From the NCBI GenBank assembly GCA_000182565.2, contig KQ257451.1: a stretch of 64,000 nt of DNA; one strand, given 5' to 3'. Positions 47,662 to 60,400 of the stretch are shown here, one piece after another (positions within the stretch are counted from its first letter, which is position 1; every line of letters starts with the position of its first letter). The notes below the pieces were generated by a model. That model was not told where the DNA came from and searched no databases. It saw nothing but the letters and a program-made list of their open reading frames with translations. Source of the DNA: Spizellomyces punctatus DAOM BR117 (lineage: Eukaryota). Made by a program: the position numbers and the translations under genes.

Positions 47662-48723
47662 ATGAGCCATGACGAGGATGGCTCTGCAGAACATGATTGG
47701 CTTACTATCATAGCCGTACAATACTTTCAAACGGTTCCACTGAGATCTTTTGATTGGCCCCAAAATATCCTGCATAAGCTGGATGTCTCTACACAAGATG
47801 CTATCCTGCGTGAAACCGTGCAATCTGAACTGGGGAAAAGCTACCCACCAGAGGCTTCGTACTCACTGCGTTTTCTCAAAGCAATCCTTGAAAAGGTCGA
47901 TGCGACTGGAGAGGAGCACTCTGAGGCTTTACTGCAAGCTTATTTAGAGCTACTGTCTAATGCCAGTGGCGACAAACTTACTGGTGATCTGTCGCGTGCG
48001 TGCTACAAGTCGTACCCTCTGCCCACTAAGACCTCCTCGACTGTCTACTTAACTCTCCACGAAGAGCCATTGAAAATATCGCAGGGTACCACTGGCTTGT
48101 GTACCTGGGAAGCGGCCCTTCGTTTTGCAGAGTATCTGCTAAATGCAGCACCAGAGGTTATTCAGGGACGTAGAATCCTAGAATTAGGCGCGGGAGCAGG
48201 TCTCCTGGGACTAGTTTGCCTGTATATGGGTGCTTCCAGCGTTGAACTAACTGATGTAGACGAGGGTGTACTGGAACGATTGAAGGAGAATGTGGACCTT
48301 AACAGCCAAATGATCATAGATCGAATGGCGAGGGATTTTGGAGGTCATCAGAGCAATCCGCCAAATATTCGAGTGTCCAAACTGGATTGGGAATCAGTTG
48401 ACTTTGATGATATCGCCTCCCGAAATGCAGAGATCATTGTTTGCGCGGATGTTGTCTACGATCCTATTTTGATTCCACCTTTGACGAGCGTGCTCGGCTC
48501 GTTACTGCGCACTCCACATCATGGTCATCCCACTGGATTCAGAGAAGGTTGGGTTGCGTTGACGATGCGACAAGAGCAAACGTACAAGGAATTCCTTAGT
48601 GCACTGACGAGGAATAGAATACGCTATGAGCGCATCCGGCTTGACCGCGTACCAAGATTATTTTATCATGAAGACAATGTTGGGGAGGTAGCCCTGCTGC
48701 ACTTGACTGTTGCTGATAGTTGA
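47662..48723 (+). CDS. EFM3: eEF2 lysine methyltransferase (EFM3/EEF2KMT/FAM86A-like), intronless
   Basis: FAM86-type N-terminus YPPEASYSLRFLK; ISQGTTGLCTWEAAL; ILELGAGAGLLG; LTD; LDW; CADVVYDP. Confidence 0.88.
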   Translation: MSHDEDGSAEHDWLTIIAVQYFQTVPLRSFDWPQNILHKLDVSTQDAILRETVQSELGKSYPPEASYSLRFLKAILEKVDATGEEHSEALLQAYLELLSNASGDKLTGDLSRACYKSYPLPTKTSSTVYLTLHEEPLKISQGTTGLCTWEAALRFAEYLLNAAPEVIQGRRILELGAGAGLLGLVCLYMGASSVELTDVDEGVLERLKENVDLNSQMIIDRMARDFGGHQSNPPNIRVSKLDWESVDFDDIASRNAEIIVCADVVYDPILIPPLTSVLGSLLRTPHHGHPTGFREGWVALTMRQEQTYKEFLSALTRNRIRYERIRLDRVPRLFYHEDNVGEVALLHLTVADS

Positions 48724-48925
48724 TAGAGCTGTACTTTAATCTGGAATATTGTCCACTTTCATTTGTTTATTTCCATAAAAGTCACGTGAGTTTAAGTATG
48801 ACACAACAACAACTGTTCTTGTCATCAGGCATCCCAACACCGACTGCAACAGAGTACATGTCGCTGAACGACGTTTGCGGACCTCTGGGGAGTCTACATA
48901 AGCTGCAGTTTTTGCGATTTTGAAT

Positions 48926-50971
48926 ATGCTTTGCCTGCGGCCCTTTTCACGCCTTTCTGGTCATCACAACGCACGCCATCTGTTCGAGGTCCAAACGAGG
49001 GTGTCGGTTTTCCGATACCCATTACTAACCCAGAGAGCAACACGGGGATTGCGGACAAGAACTCGTGCTGCGACAATATCTGGTCGCAGACTACTGCAAC
49101 GTCTCGTACCAGGATGGTTTCTTGCAGGGTCGATATTTGGAGGCACCGCTGTCCTATCTTTTAAGCTGGGAGAAATACGGGCTTGGGGTCCCTGGCCGAT
49201 ACCAACAATATCCGTAGGGTCTATGGAAGAAGATTCTCTTTCTATCAATGAGACAACGCCAGCAACAAAACCACACTTATTTCCAAAGATACGTGACAGA
49301 GGAAAGAGGTCAAACTGCGCTTGCAATCACGCTTTTGTTGCGGACGCTGTCGAGAAAGCAATAGGGTCCGTTGTTAACATATCAGTTGAAACCGGTGAGT
49401 TTTAGAAGATGATTTTTTTCAGGGAGCTGTCGTAAGGCGTATGTAGCACAGCTGGCGCGATTTCGAGAGGAATGAGCATCGAAGGGTGCTCGATGAGAAT
49501 AAAATCTAGACTTGTCATTTTCTAAATAACTCTTCTCTCATGGCATGTCTCAGATGCATCCACCCTTCTGCACAAAAAGTCTCTTATCTCGTCGGGATCC
49601 GGATTTTTCATCGATGAGAAGGGATCGATCCTGACGAATGCAGTATGTATTTCTTCCGACGGCTATTCAGCGTGTGACGACCTTACAAAATTAAACACCT
49701 TTCTGGCAGCATGTAGTTACCGATATGGCGACTGGTAGTACGGTGAGTGCTGCAAGTGAGTCCGGTCTGGCGCGAATGCTCATTTATGTCACTGCTGGCT
49801 AGCTTACAGTGACCACATGTGACGGAACTCAATATGAAGGGTTCATTCACAGCCTTGATACTCCTAGTGACTTGGCTGTTGTAAAGATCAAACCCCGACC
49901 TACCGATACTCCAGTCAAATGGCCCGTGTTACAGATGAGTAAGATTTCATTCCTATCATGCCATGTGTTTCAGTAATGGATCCTAAGATCACTGGCCATT
50001 CCTTAAGGCTCTAACCTAAACTTGAGACCGGGAGATTGGGTGGTGGCAATCGGTTCCCCATTTGGGCTGCACAACACGGTGACAGCGGGAGTGGTCTCAT
50101 CAGGACGGCGAAGAAATGAGGAGATAGGAACCGGAAGCGATGTGCGCGTGGAATACATACAAACTGATTGTGTAGTACATGAGGGAAGTTCTGGCGGTCC
50201 TTTGATAAATCTTGATGGCGAAGTCGTCGGTACGCAACACAGTTATCTAAGTGGACGGTCCATCTGCACTACTTCCTCATGCCAGTCATTCCGCGCTAAG
50301 GCATCAACACCACGCGAGCCGAAAGCGAGGGAATAAGTTTTGCCATCAGGGTAGATAATGCGATGGATATCATTCATCAGCTTCATACACAAGGAAGAGT
50401 TGTACGGCCGTGGCTTGGTAATTGTGTTTTTTCGGTGCTGAAGTACGTCGGTCGGAATCTAAACCAGATTGTACACTAGGATGTCGTATGGTCACCTTAA
50501 CGTCGCAAGTGCGTCAACAATTGAGAAAGCAAGGTCCTATGACGTCGATTCCGCCCACATCTGGGGGTGTTATTGTGACATCTGTATGATCCTTCTGTGC
50601 GCTTTGTCGCTATATGGGCCACTTACGAAATATGGTCATAGGTTTTCCCAGACTCACCGTGCGCCAAAGCCAATCTTGGAGAGGGCGACGTGATCGTGGC
50701 GGTAAATGATACACCTGTCCACAGCAGTCAGGAGGCAAGTTCCCCAAGCACCGTTCTGTAACATCCTCATGATTACCCCTAACTCTCTCATTTCCAGGTA
50801 TTCAAAGCTATGGGTCTTAAGATTCAGCAGCCAGTGCGCTTTACAGTCAAGCGCAGCATACCGTTAGACATAGATTGGGATGGGCGGACTCGCCGGTGGG
50901 AGACGCAGGACGTTGAGGTTGAAGTCACACCAGAAGAGTTTGATGTTGAGTTGCATGGTGATGGAGCATGA
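48926..50971 (+). CDS. HtrA/DegP-family trypsin-like serine protease with a single PDZ (HTRA2/Omi-like), probably mitochondrial
   Basis: Arg-rich presequence plus hydrophobic segment; [80 protein letters not shown]...GDVIVAVN. About eight introns. Confidence 0.9.
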
Positions 50972-51289
50972 CATGGAGTGCAGTTAGGATCAAGTTGATG
51001 TTTCCTGGGTGTAAGGGTGATCACGTACGGTGATCCTAGCCATATGACCGACCTTTCTCGTTGGTCATCGGAGATGACGAGCATAACCCTCGTACATACA
51101 TGTATCATTTTGCTACTTCTTAATTTACAACATCACATTGAGCACGTATGTATTCAAATCATCCATATATTATATATTTCTTTTGAATAGTTCAAACTAC
51201 ACTACTTACAATTCGATTATCCTTTGGTTTAGTCTAAAGTACAACTTAGTTTTGATACAGCAATGTATACAAGCAAATAATCTTCCTCG

Positions 51290-53192
51290 TTAATTGGTTG
51301 GGTTGACAGGTACACCGCTTGAGGTCGGGTGAGGGATAGCACTCCATGTACTGTTCCGTTCTTCTGTCTTTGTAGCGTCCGAACCGGAACCCATAGTACT
51401 CCGGGTCCCAGCCTGGCTCACAGTTTGGTTGGAGTCTGACCCTCTTTGGCTCTTCGGTGGCGTGAAGTCCGTCATCACAGATAGGTTAATAGACCCATTG
51501 GAGACGTCAGGCGGAGCGGGAATGCTATATACGCTGTTACCCCATCCGTTTTGCCGTCCACTTCTCTCCTGCTGCCCGTGGTGAGGATGGTCACCGACAA
51601 TTGTGCTCGCTCGTGACAATGCAGGTCCAGGTGCAGCTACACCATATGGTCCAGAGGGCATGCGGACGTTGGGAACGCCTCCCGCTCCCGAGGCATTTTC
51701 CTCGTCTTTATCAGTCCACCGCGGCCTAAAGATATCCAGTTCATCCTCTGCCCCCTTCCCATCATCGGCTCCATCCCGCGTTCCCCAATCCGTAACATGC
51801 AACGTAAATAAACAGTAGATCTTCATGATGGCAAAATAGATATTGAAGATCAGCCAAATTGGAATCGCAAACACATCTTGGGGTCTTCGTACAAAATGCG
51901 GCATGTATTTGATGAGTCGCGTCACGAAGAGCCAGACCAGATAACTTGTGAGGACAACCCAGAGAGGCAGTGATCCCGGCTCGTCAGAGCAGGTTGCTAA
52001 ATAGGCCACTGTCGCGGGGCCGGCGAGGAGAGTGATCGGGTTGAAGAATTTGTCTAGCATTGTAAAGGCAACAAAAGGGTGGCGAACCCATACATAGCGC
52101 TCCGTGAACAGGCTTCGAGAGTCGCTTCTCCAAGTATTACGCGTCCATCGAAGAAGTTGTTTGAGAAAACGCCAGTTGTCTTTGAATGTTGACGAAAGTT
52201 CGGCTTCCGGACAAGCTTGTATATAGGTTCTCCAGTTATGGGAGTGAATCCAGCGGGTTAGAAACTTGTCGTCTCCTGAGTGCTGGTGGTATTTTCCAAG
52301 CCAGAACTCGTGAGTAAAGGACCACTGGAAATCGGGATCCCGGAGGATGCATGTGCGGTACGCGGCCGTTCGTCCTGAGAGGCAACAGACGCCACCATCG
52401 ATATACGTCGTCGAAGTAATCTCGATATTGCGCATCTGGATGCAGCGTTCCTTCAGCAAAACGGTTAATTCAGAGCCACACCCCTCATACATACCGAAAT
52501 CCGAAATGCTGCCAGGATCTCCCAAATAGTCATATATTTATGCTGCGGCAGGACTCTTTGCGACGTTCCTTATACAAGCAAATGAGATCAGCCAGTGAAA
52601 CTCTACAGTTTGATCTTGCTCAAACTTACCAACACCTCCCATCATCTTATTTTCAAAAGGCGCCAACATCCATCGTAACATCGTCTCAGGCCAAAGCACG
52701 TCGTCATCGCAAAACACAGTGATCGGCGTTCGGACTCGATTAGCACCAGCAACCATCTGATTTCGCTTGTTGGGTTTTGAAATGGTGATTACTCTGACCT
52801 TTGTGCCAGAAGGATCAACTTCACGAGCCAGTGCATTGAGGGCATCCCGTGCAGACGGTACAGTAACGAAAATAACTTCATAGGGATCACATCTGAGCCA
52901 TGTTCGAATGGCGACTTTAATTTCTTCCCCAGAGTCAATTGTAGGAACTACCACAGTTACGTCGCGGGCAGGAATGTAGCGTGGATGCTGCCGCGGCTTG
53001 AGCGGCTTGTAGAGGCAATATGCTAGGATCTGTTACGCAATGAGAATTGTTTTTGCTATCGCTTTCACGCGGATTCATTGAAACTCATTTATGGACCATA
53101 CAAACCTTTATGAGAAACCAAAACCATCGATAAATCCCGATAAATCCAAGCGGTAAGAAGACCGGTAGAGCTTCTTTCGTCAAGTAGAACAT
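51290..53192 (-). CDS. GT2 membrane polysaccharide synthase, CPS1/hyaluronan-synthase-like
   Basis: N-terminal TM, VVPTID, NKRNQM, FCDDDVLWP, CLSGRTAAYR, SGDDKFLTRW, QLLRW (QxxRW), C-terminal TMs and WGTR. Introns at ~53031-53106 and ~52570-52629. Confidence 0.88.
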
Positions 53193-53539
53193 GATCGTAT
53201 AGGCTGCCGAACACCTGCCGCCGCAAACGCTCTGATAAGTCCCAAAGATATCCGGACACCGACGGCTACCTTCTGCGTTGATTTCAATGAGAGGTGCACC
53301 TTCGGCCGCTTCGCTATTTAAACAAATCGCGGGCACACGGAAGACGTGTTGCGCGTTCTGATTATATAATATGCTTAGTCAGCAATATGGAAGCCAATTC
53401 TTCTTTCATGACGTGATATTAAACCAAATCTTTTAACGTAATACCACATCGTCACCCCCATTCTTGCCCATATATAAGGAGCTTTAAAGTGTTTTGACCA
53501 TCAACTCTGCATACGATTTTCGATTGCTCAATCATTGAG

Positions 53540-54069
53540 ATGGCAATGGCTGCTCCAAAAGACGAGACCTATCAGTCTGAGCCAGGGGTGGTCAAGGATG
53601 ATCTGGTACGACATGCTTGGTGCCTTTATTTGGCTGCCAGTCTTTAACTAATGCTTATATTCCAGTACAGCGAGCTCGTTGAGCATGGCGATGAAGAGTT
53701 CAAGCCGCCGGAAGGAGAAGACCAACCGGCACCTGGTCATAAATACAATCTGCGTCATGCAAAGCCTCGCGGAAGTTACGACGAAGCTCTAGATCAGGAA
53801 TCCTTTGAGAGCGTGGACGACCGTATGTAGTCCCGTCCTTTCAGTTGCAGGCTCTTAGTATTGGCGGATGTCTCAAAACTCTTTTAGAACTATCCAAGGG
53901 CGGAACCACAGACATTGACAGACGTGTTGCATCATATGTCGCCCGTAGCCATGATCCCCGCCCACCCGAAGATCACTTGAAGAGTGCACTGAAAGCTAGC
54001 GAGATTTACGAGAGTGTGACAGGTCACCCGCTGGAGATCAACGAGAAAGGAGAGGTCGTGACAGAATAA
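53540..54069 (+). CDS. Small acidic hypothetical protein (three exons)
   Basis: MAMAAPKDETYQSEPGVVKDDL|YSELVEHGDEEF...|LSKGG...TGHPLEINEKGEVVTE*, joined by canonical GT-AG introns (~53606-53666 and ~53823-53888). No family recognised. Confidence 0.6.
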
Positions 54070-54449
54070 CCCATTATACCAGGCATCATACCATGCATCA
54101 TACAAGTCATTTCTATTTGCTACTTTGTGGTACCGTCAATAGTGCTTTTTGCTGGCATCTTCCATCAGCAAGACGTAAATATGTACATATTGTATCATAA
54201 AATCTAGGAATACCAGTTCTATAACATGAATGAATGTGCTCCCAACTTGCCGTGCCTTTCGTACCAAGTCGGTCTAGGGCATTATAGTAAGATCCGAAGT
54301 AAATGGGTTGATCGGTCAGCCACGAAGCGTGATTGGTTGATTCTTTTTTGCACGTGTTCTGCTGACGCACAAGCTGGGAGTTCAAATCGTCGGATTTTGA
54401 GCAGCTGTGTTCCTCCCATTGGCTACGGGTACCTGTGCCCAAAGCGACT

Positions 54450-57400
54450 ATGCCTGTCGCCGTGGAGGCTGCGCTCACGCACCAGGAGCTCGTTGCGGCC
54501 TTGAATTCCGATAACGTTGAGACACTGTTTTCAGGTGCAGCTGAATCTCGTTCGCAAAACATCAACATTTGGGCATTCAATTTTAACTTGTGGTTTTCTG
54601 TTTGAAGGTCTATCAAGGTTCAACCGCTCTCTCAGCCGATTGATAAACGAAGATGCGGATCCGCAAGTGTCAGTGGAAGCTGACTTGCTCAAGTCATACA
54701 TTAAGGGATCTCCAGAATGTGCCGAGCTATTTCGACTATGGGAATTCCAGCAAGCAGTATGTATTTAGTTGACCTCGCGAGACGATTGGTGCACTCTAAC
54801 ACACGATCGCGAGTAGAATCAAATAGATCGGATCGCTCCTGTTCTATTGGACGTGATTGCCCACATGATACTGTCGTCTAAGCTAATAGAGATGTGGTCA
54901 ACGGGCTCTGCGGCTTCTCGGTCTATCATTCGTGACTGGATGAAGCCGATATACAGGAATTTGTCATCTGGAAAACGTCCCTTGATACAGTCTACTCTGA
55001 GATTGTTGATTGCAGTCGCCGGGTTCAACTCAGCGACGGCCAAGGAACTTCATGAGACATTCAATTTCACCATGCAGGTACGGAAAAGTGCCCATATCCA
55101 ATACAGCGTAAAATTGACTCTAGTGAAACTATAGGCCCTGCCCAAACTCCTACATACCCGCCAAAAGTCCCCGAGAGAGGACGTAAAACCACGCCGAAAT
55201 GAAGGTATGGTGTAAGGCTCGAAGGGCGCCTCTCATGGTTATAGCCTCATAGATTCTATTGGCAGACGTTCGGACGTTATATATCCGCTTTCTGTTTGCG
55301 TTCCTTGAACAGGGTGACATTTCGGTCAAGAGGTTTATGTTGGAGGCAAAAGATATTCTAAGCAGTGTATTCAAAGGACTGGCTGATGATTCATATGAAG
55401 TACGTTGCTGCTATCTTCATCTGACCGAAGGTTCATCAGGGCTGACATTTTGCCTTTGGGCTGTTAGACTGTGGACTATGTTCTTTCGACTCTGCGACGC
55501 ACTGTCATCGATGATACCAATCTCGCCAGGACGCTGAAGGTTGCTTTCTTCAACAACTACATATTGGACCAGGTATAGTACTCAACTAAGTCTCATCTTT
55601 CGCACCAGGATTATTGCTCACGCAACTGCCGCTAGTTGGTAAAATTGTACGCTCGGAAGGAGGTGGATCCGGACAATGCGTTAGCGATTGCCGATGTAGG
55701 ACATGAATTTCTGCTCTATATATGTACCACTCCAGGAGTAGGTGTCTGTTTTCAAGACGCCGGTTGGTATCCAGCCAAGTCCACCGGGGAGGGCAAAGCA
55801 ATCACTGTATATAATAAGGTCCTGCTGAGGTTGCTGTTGTCTCTCAAGCCGACAGAAGATCCTCGACAGGAGGCTTTAGTCCTAATGGGTCTCCGAAATT
55901 GCCCAGAGTTAGTGCAGCCGTAAGTACCGCTGTTCTATCAATCACCTCAAGGGATCTCTTGCAAACGCCAACCCCATGAGTTATAGATATTGGAATGAGC
56001 TGAGTAGCCTATCCTTCGAACCTCGGGTCTCTTCAAAATGGATTGCCAACATGGCATTAGCAGCCAAAATCATTCAACTTCCGATACCGTCGAGGTTGGG
56101 TGCAACAATTATTGCAATGTCTCCACCACCCCTCATGACTATGGTCGACAATGTCCTCCCCCCGCCTCTTGATCGAGCGCTCAATATCCGAGGGCTATTA
56201 CATCCTAACGCACTTGTTAAACATACCTCCGCGTTTGTGCAAGCATTGGCATTGGAGAAGCTGGCTCGCATACAAGCAACAATAGAGAGCATTGCCGAAG
56301 ATATAGTGGCTTCGTCTGCCCAGTTAGCAGTTGCGGTCGGGAGTGTGGATGGACTGTTGCAGAAATGGCGCAAAGCCCGGGACGATCTAACAGACGAGAT
56401 CAAGAGGCGACTACCGGACTTTCAGACGGTACTTGCTTTACAATCACAACAACGCAAACAAGTCGGAGAGAAGGGCAAGTCGGACGAGGCAGGCGCCACG
56501 GACATGGAAATAGATGGAGAAGCAGCTGAAGTTGAGGAGATCTCCCAAGAAGTACTACACTGCATATCACTCAAGCTTGTCAGACACTATCAGCGCCAGT
56601 TCCCTGATGCAATCCTTGAGGCTCGATTCAATTGCGGAAAGCTCTTACCGGCCGATCTGACGGCTCTATCCGAGGAGCTGCAAATTCATATACTGGAGCT
56701 GATTGGTGAAGTTCCGGAATTCAACTGGAAAGAGAGAGCAGGTGGATATCAGTCTAAATGTTTTCCGCTAAATAGTTACTGGATTCTCAACCTAAACCGT
56801 GCATACAATAGCGCATGCGCCGACTTCGCATCTTGGTTCAATATGGAAACTATACCTTACCACTACGTCTAATAATGTCGCTTCTGTCGCGAATGGAGTG
56901 CTGCATCGTTTACTTGCGGAATCGTTCCTCTTTGAGAATCACATCGATGAGATACCTATTTGGCTTCTCACGCTCCAAAACTTACCCAAAGATGAGCAGA
57001 TGTCGGCATTGGCGTGGTTGGACGAAGCCCTTTGTACGGGAGCTAGAACCTTGTACCGAACCGTAGATAGGTTGAGTAAGCTTGTCCATGCCTGCCACGG
57101 TCGATTGAGCGATTACCAGAAACGAGTTGCCGACCATGTATTGGAAACTCGTCGCCGCACCATTGCAGCCGGTGATGAACAATTGGTGGACATACCACCT
57201 TACCCTATCAGCCCAGCATTGATAAGTATCGCCGATGGGTTGCAGGCTCTCTTGCGGCGATCAGCAGAGAAAGGAGATAGGTCGGCGGCGATCGGCCCAG
57301 CGCAATTTTTCTTTCACCTGGTGGTACGGTTACTGCAATCAACGCAGGGAATTGCAGAATACCTTGTGGAGGTCGTCGACGGAGTATGCGAGGGTGTCAT

Positions 57401-60400
57401 AGTAGGCGGAGGCGTACAGTTTGGATATTTGGCTTGCTGGGAGGCGGATCATTACCTTCATGCAGCTAAGGGCTATTTCACCGGATTAGCTGGACAAACG
57501 AACGACGTTGTTCATCATGGAAAGGATGCGGCAAAGAGATGGCGGAAGACGTTAAAAGGTAAGATTTGGAACGACAAGCAATACTGGATGAAGTTCTGAT
57601 ATGCTGTCTCGGCTCCGGCAGCTATGGACGCCGATCTTGCGGCCTCCGGCGAGGTGTTGACTATGTTTCTCAAGAATACATGTCCCGTCGATCTCAGCAC
57701 GGTCTTCTTCGAAATGATTGAGCGATGCCAGAACAGTCCACCACTTCTTGCCTGTATCGCCGATTATTTAACTTGGAGACATCCTATATCACAGTCAATG
57801 TTTGATGTGTACCAGGTTTTACGCGAGTTTGCCATCGGAGGCAGCCCGAACGAGAGCAACGAGGCTGTCGTTCGTCTCTTTCATCAAGTTCCTTTTTGTT
57901 CGCTACTCACGAGCACGTTCAGTTCGTCATTGGACTTCGGCCCCACTTACGAAGAGTTATTGATATCTCGCATCAATTCTTGTGAACATCCGCCAGAGTG
58001 CGTGTGGTGGACTCGACAGGTGCTGCTTGAGCTTGGGCGATCTATACATTTGGGTTGGGACCAGCACCGGCGTTTTGCCTTCGCGCTTTTGAAAGCTCTT
58101 GTGACAAAGGTGCACTCTTGGAGCCTTGGAAAAGCAGGGGCGCTGGTATCAACTTCCCGACTAAAAGAGAATGCTTATGATACTGTGCGTGACATCATTT
58201 TTGGACACCCTCTTCTCCTTGATAGATTCGTTTCCCGTCAAAGTGGGGATAAGGAAATTAGCACTGGTAGGTGTCGCTGTCGTACATCCTAATTGAGCTG
58301 TGCTTCCTGCTGTGGTATTCAAATCGTTTTGTCACCTACAGAAATCATGGCATTGGTGCATGAGACGCTGGAAATGGAGACACGAGATATGAATACGGTC
58401 AACTCGTCCTTGTCTCCTATGTCTCCTACCTGGCGACTTTATACGGATCGTGTCCGCGATCGCCTGCTCGCAGAGTTGGCCTTCCAATCGCCGCACAATG
58501 ACACGGTGCGGGCATTCGAACTCTTTAGATCTTTCATGACTTACGAGGATGTGAATCAAATTCTCCAGCCACTGCTCAACGGATCTGAGAATATGAACGA
58601 TCTCCTCTTTCTGGCTTTGACCGCCAGGACCCTTGGAAGAGATGGCGAGCCGCACGTGATCAAGTCAAGCTTTTTCCGCAGGCTCCTGAAACTTCTGAAA
58701 GGACGTCACCATGCGGAAATAGAGAACATTATCGCGAATATTGTCAAGAGGGCAGTTGTGCCACAGGCTTTGATGATCAGAGCCGATCAGGATGGGGTTG
58801 CTGCTTTTCGTGTTATTGCGTCCGATGGGGATGGGGATAAGCAATATGTTCGTCTCTATGCCGACGTCCCATCATTGTTCGATGAGAATACTGTTCGACT
58901 TCTGCTGAATGGGGAGGAGAAGGACGGAAAGTGCATTCGCGCACATATACTAAGATCACTCATCGTTACCAGCCCTGTGATACGCCGGTGCGTGGTTGAC
59001 GTCCTCAACAAGGAAAATCGAACTTCTTCGCTGCAGCTTGGCATTGTCCACGCTGTGCTGGCAGGCTTAGTTGTCACCTTGTCCGCGAAAGAACGTTTTT
59101 CCATGTCGATTGCGATAAAAGTGGTCTGGGAAGTTGGCGTAACCGAGGATGAACGTGATTTGATAACCCTCCTGCATCGCCGAATCCAGAAGGAATTGCA
59201 GGAGCAATTGGTCAGCAGTATTCTCGGTATTGATGGGAGGACAATACTAGAATGCGATGCGGTGCTTCGATTGCTTGGTTTATTTGCGCATGAATACGGA
59301 GGATTGCTTGATGAGTTAGTAAGAAGAGCATCAGCGCAATCCAAGTCTCCAAATTACCTCCTCTCAATATCATCGATGAAAGAGCATTTGCTAGCATTGC
59401 TGGCACTTGCCTCTGATCCCCATGGCCTTACCAATGTGATTGCCGTAGCACTGTGCGTTTTACGTTGGTTCTTCGTCGGAAAAAAGAAAGGAATACTCAA
59501 TGGGTCAGAGCAGCCAGGGGAGCGAGATTTGAAAGAGGTCATAGAAGTTTTGGAGTCGGTCCTTGTCCGCCTAGAAGGCGACGAAAATGCCATCCGCGGG
59601 TTGTTAGATCAAGGAGAGATTTTCAAAAATTTCTTAGTCGCTGCATTGAAGTATCGCATCACCGACCCACATGTCTTAAATTTTCTCACCCACTTGGTTA
59701 CGTTTGTGTATGGGCATGTGAGTACAAAAGATCGAACGTATTATTACTGCAAGCCCCTAATATTTGATTGCTAGCGGCGGCTTAAATCATCCACTCGCCG
59801 TAAACTTCCATTCACCGTGGATGCTCTCGTAGAAATGATTCTATCTCATTCGCAGTTCACAGTGGTGGCACATGCGGGAACGAACGACTTTCTGTCAACA
59901 AATTCGAAGATCAGCCCCATTCCTCCGATCCACATTGCTAAGCCTTGTCTTTTGCATTTTCTGCATTTGCTGATGTCGCTTGACCCTGTCCATTGCTGTA
60001 AGACGGAGCATTTACCTCTGTTGGCACAGGCGTACCAGGGCACGGTAGCAAGTGCTGATCAGGTGATACTCGCTATCTGGGAGTTATATGAAAAGCAAGC
60101 CGGAATCAGCGTTGAGGCACATGCGATGCGGTGGGGCCTGACGTCCACCGCCGCGCTGTCGAGTGTGAGTGCCGCACAAAGCTTGGCGAGAATAGACGCG
60201 GTGTGGATGGCGCATACATGTCAGTGGTTCCCCACTGCATTGGAATTGGAGGCTGTTCAACCCAGTACGGGACACTTTGCGGAAGCTCTGGCTGCCGGTG
60301 AGGTGTATTCGTCCCGCTTAACACCATTATACGACCCAAAATTCTTTCTCCCCCTTGTTGCTGGATCTTTAATCCACGGGAGCATGCATGTTGATTCACG

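Noticed and set aside
49145-49165. AVLS in the HtrA protein as an IAP-binding motif
   Set aside because: It lies inside the hydrophobic segment and lacks the Pro of the AVP consensus.
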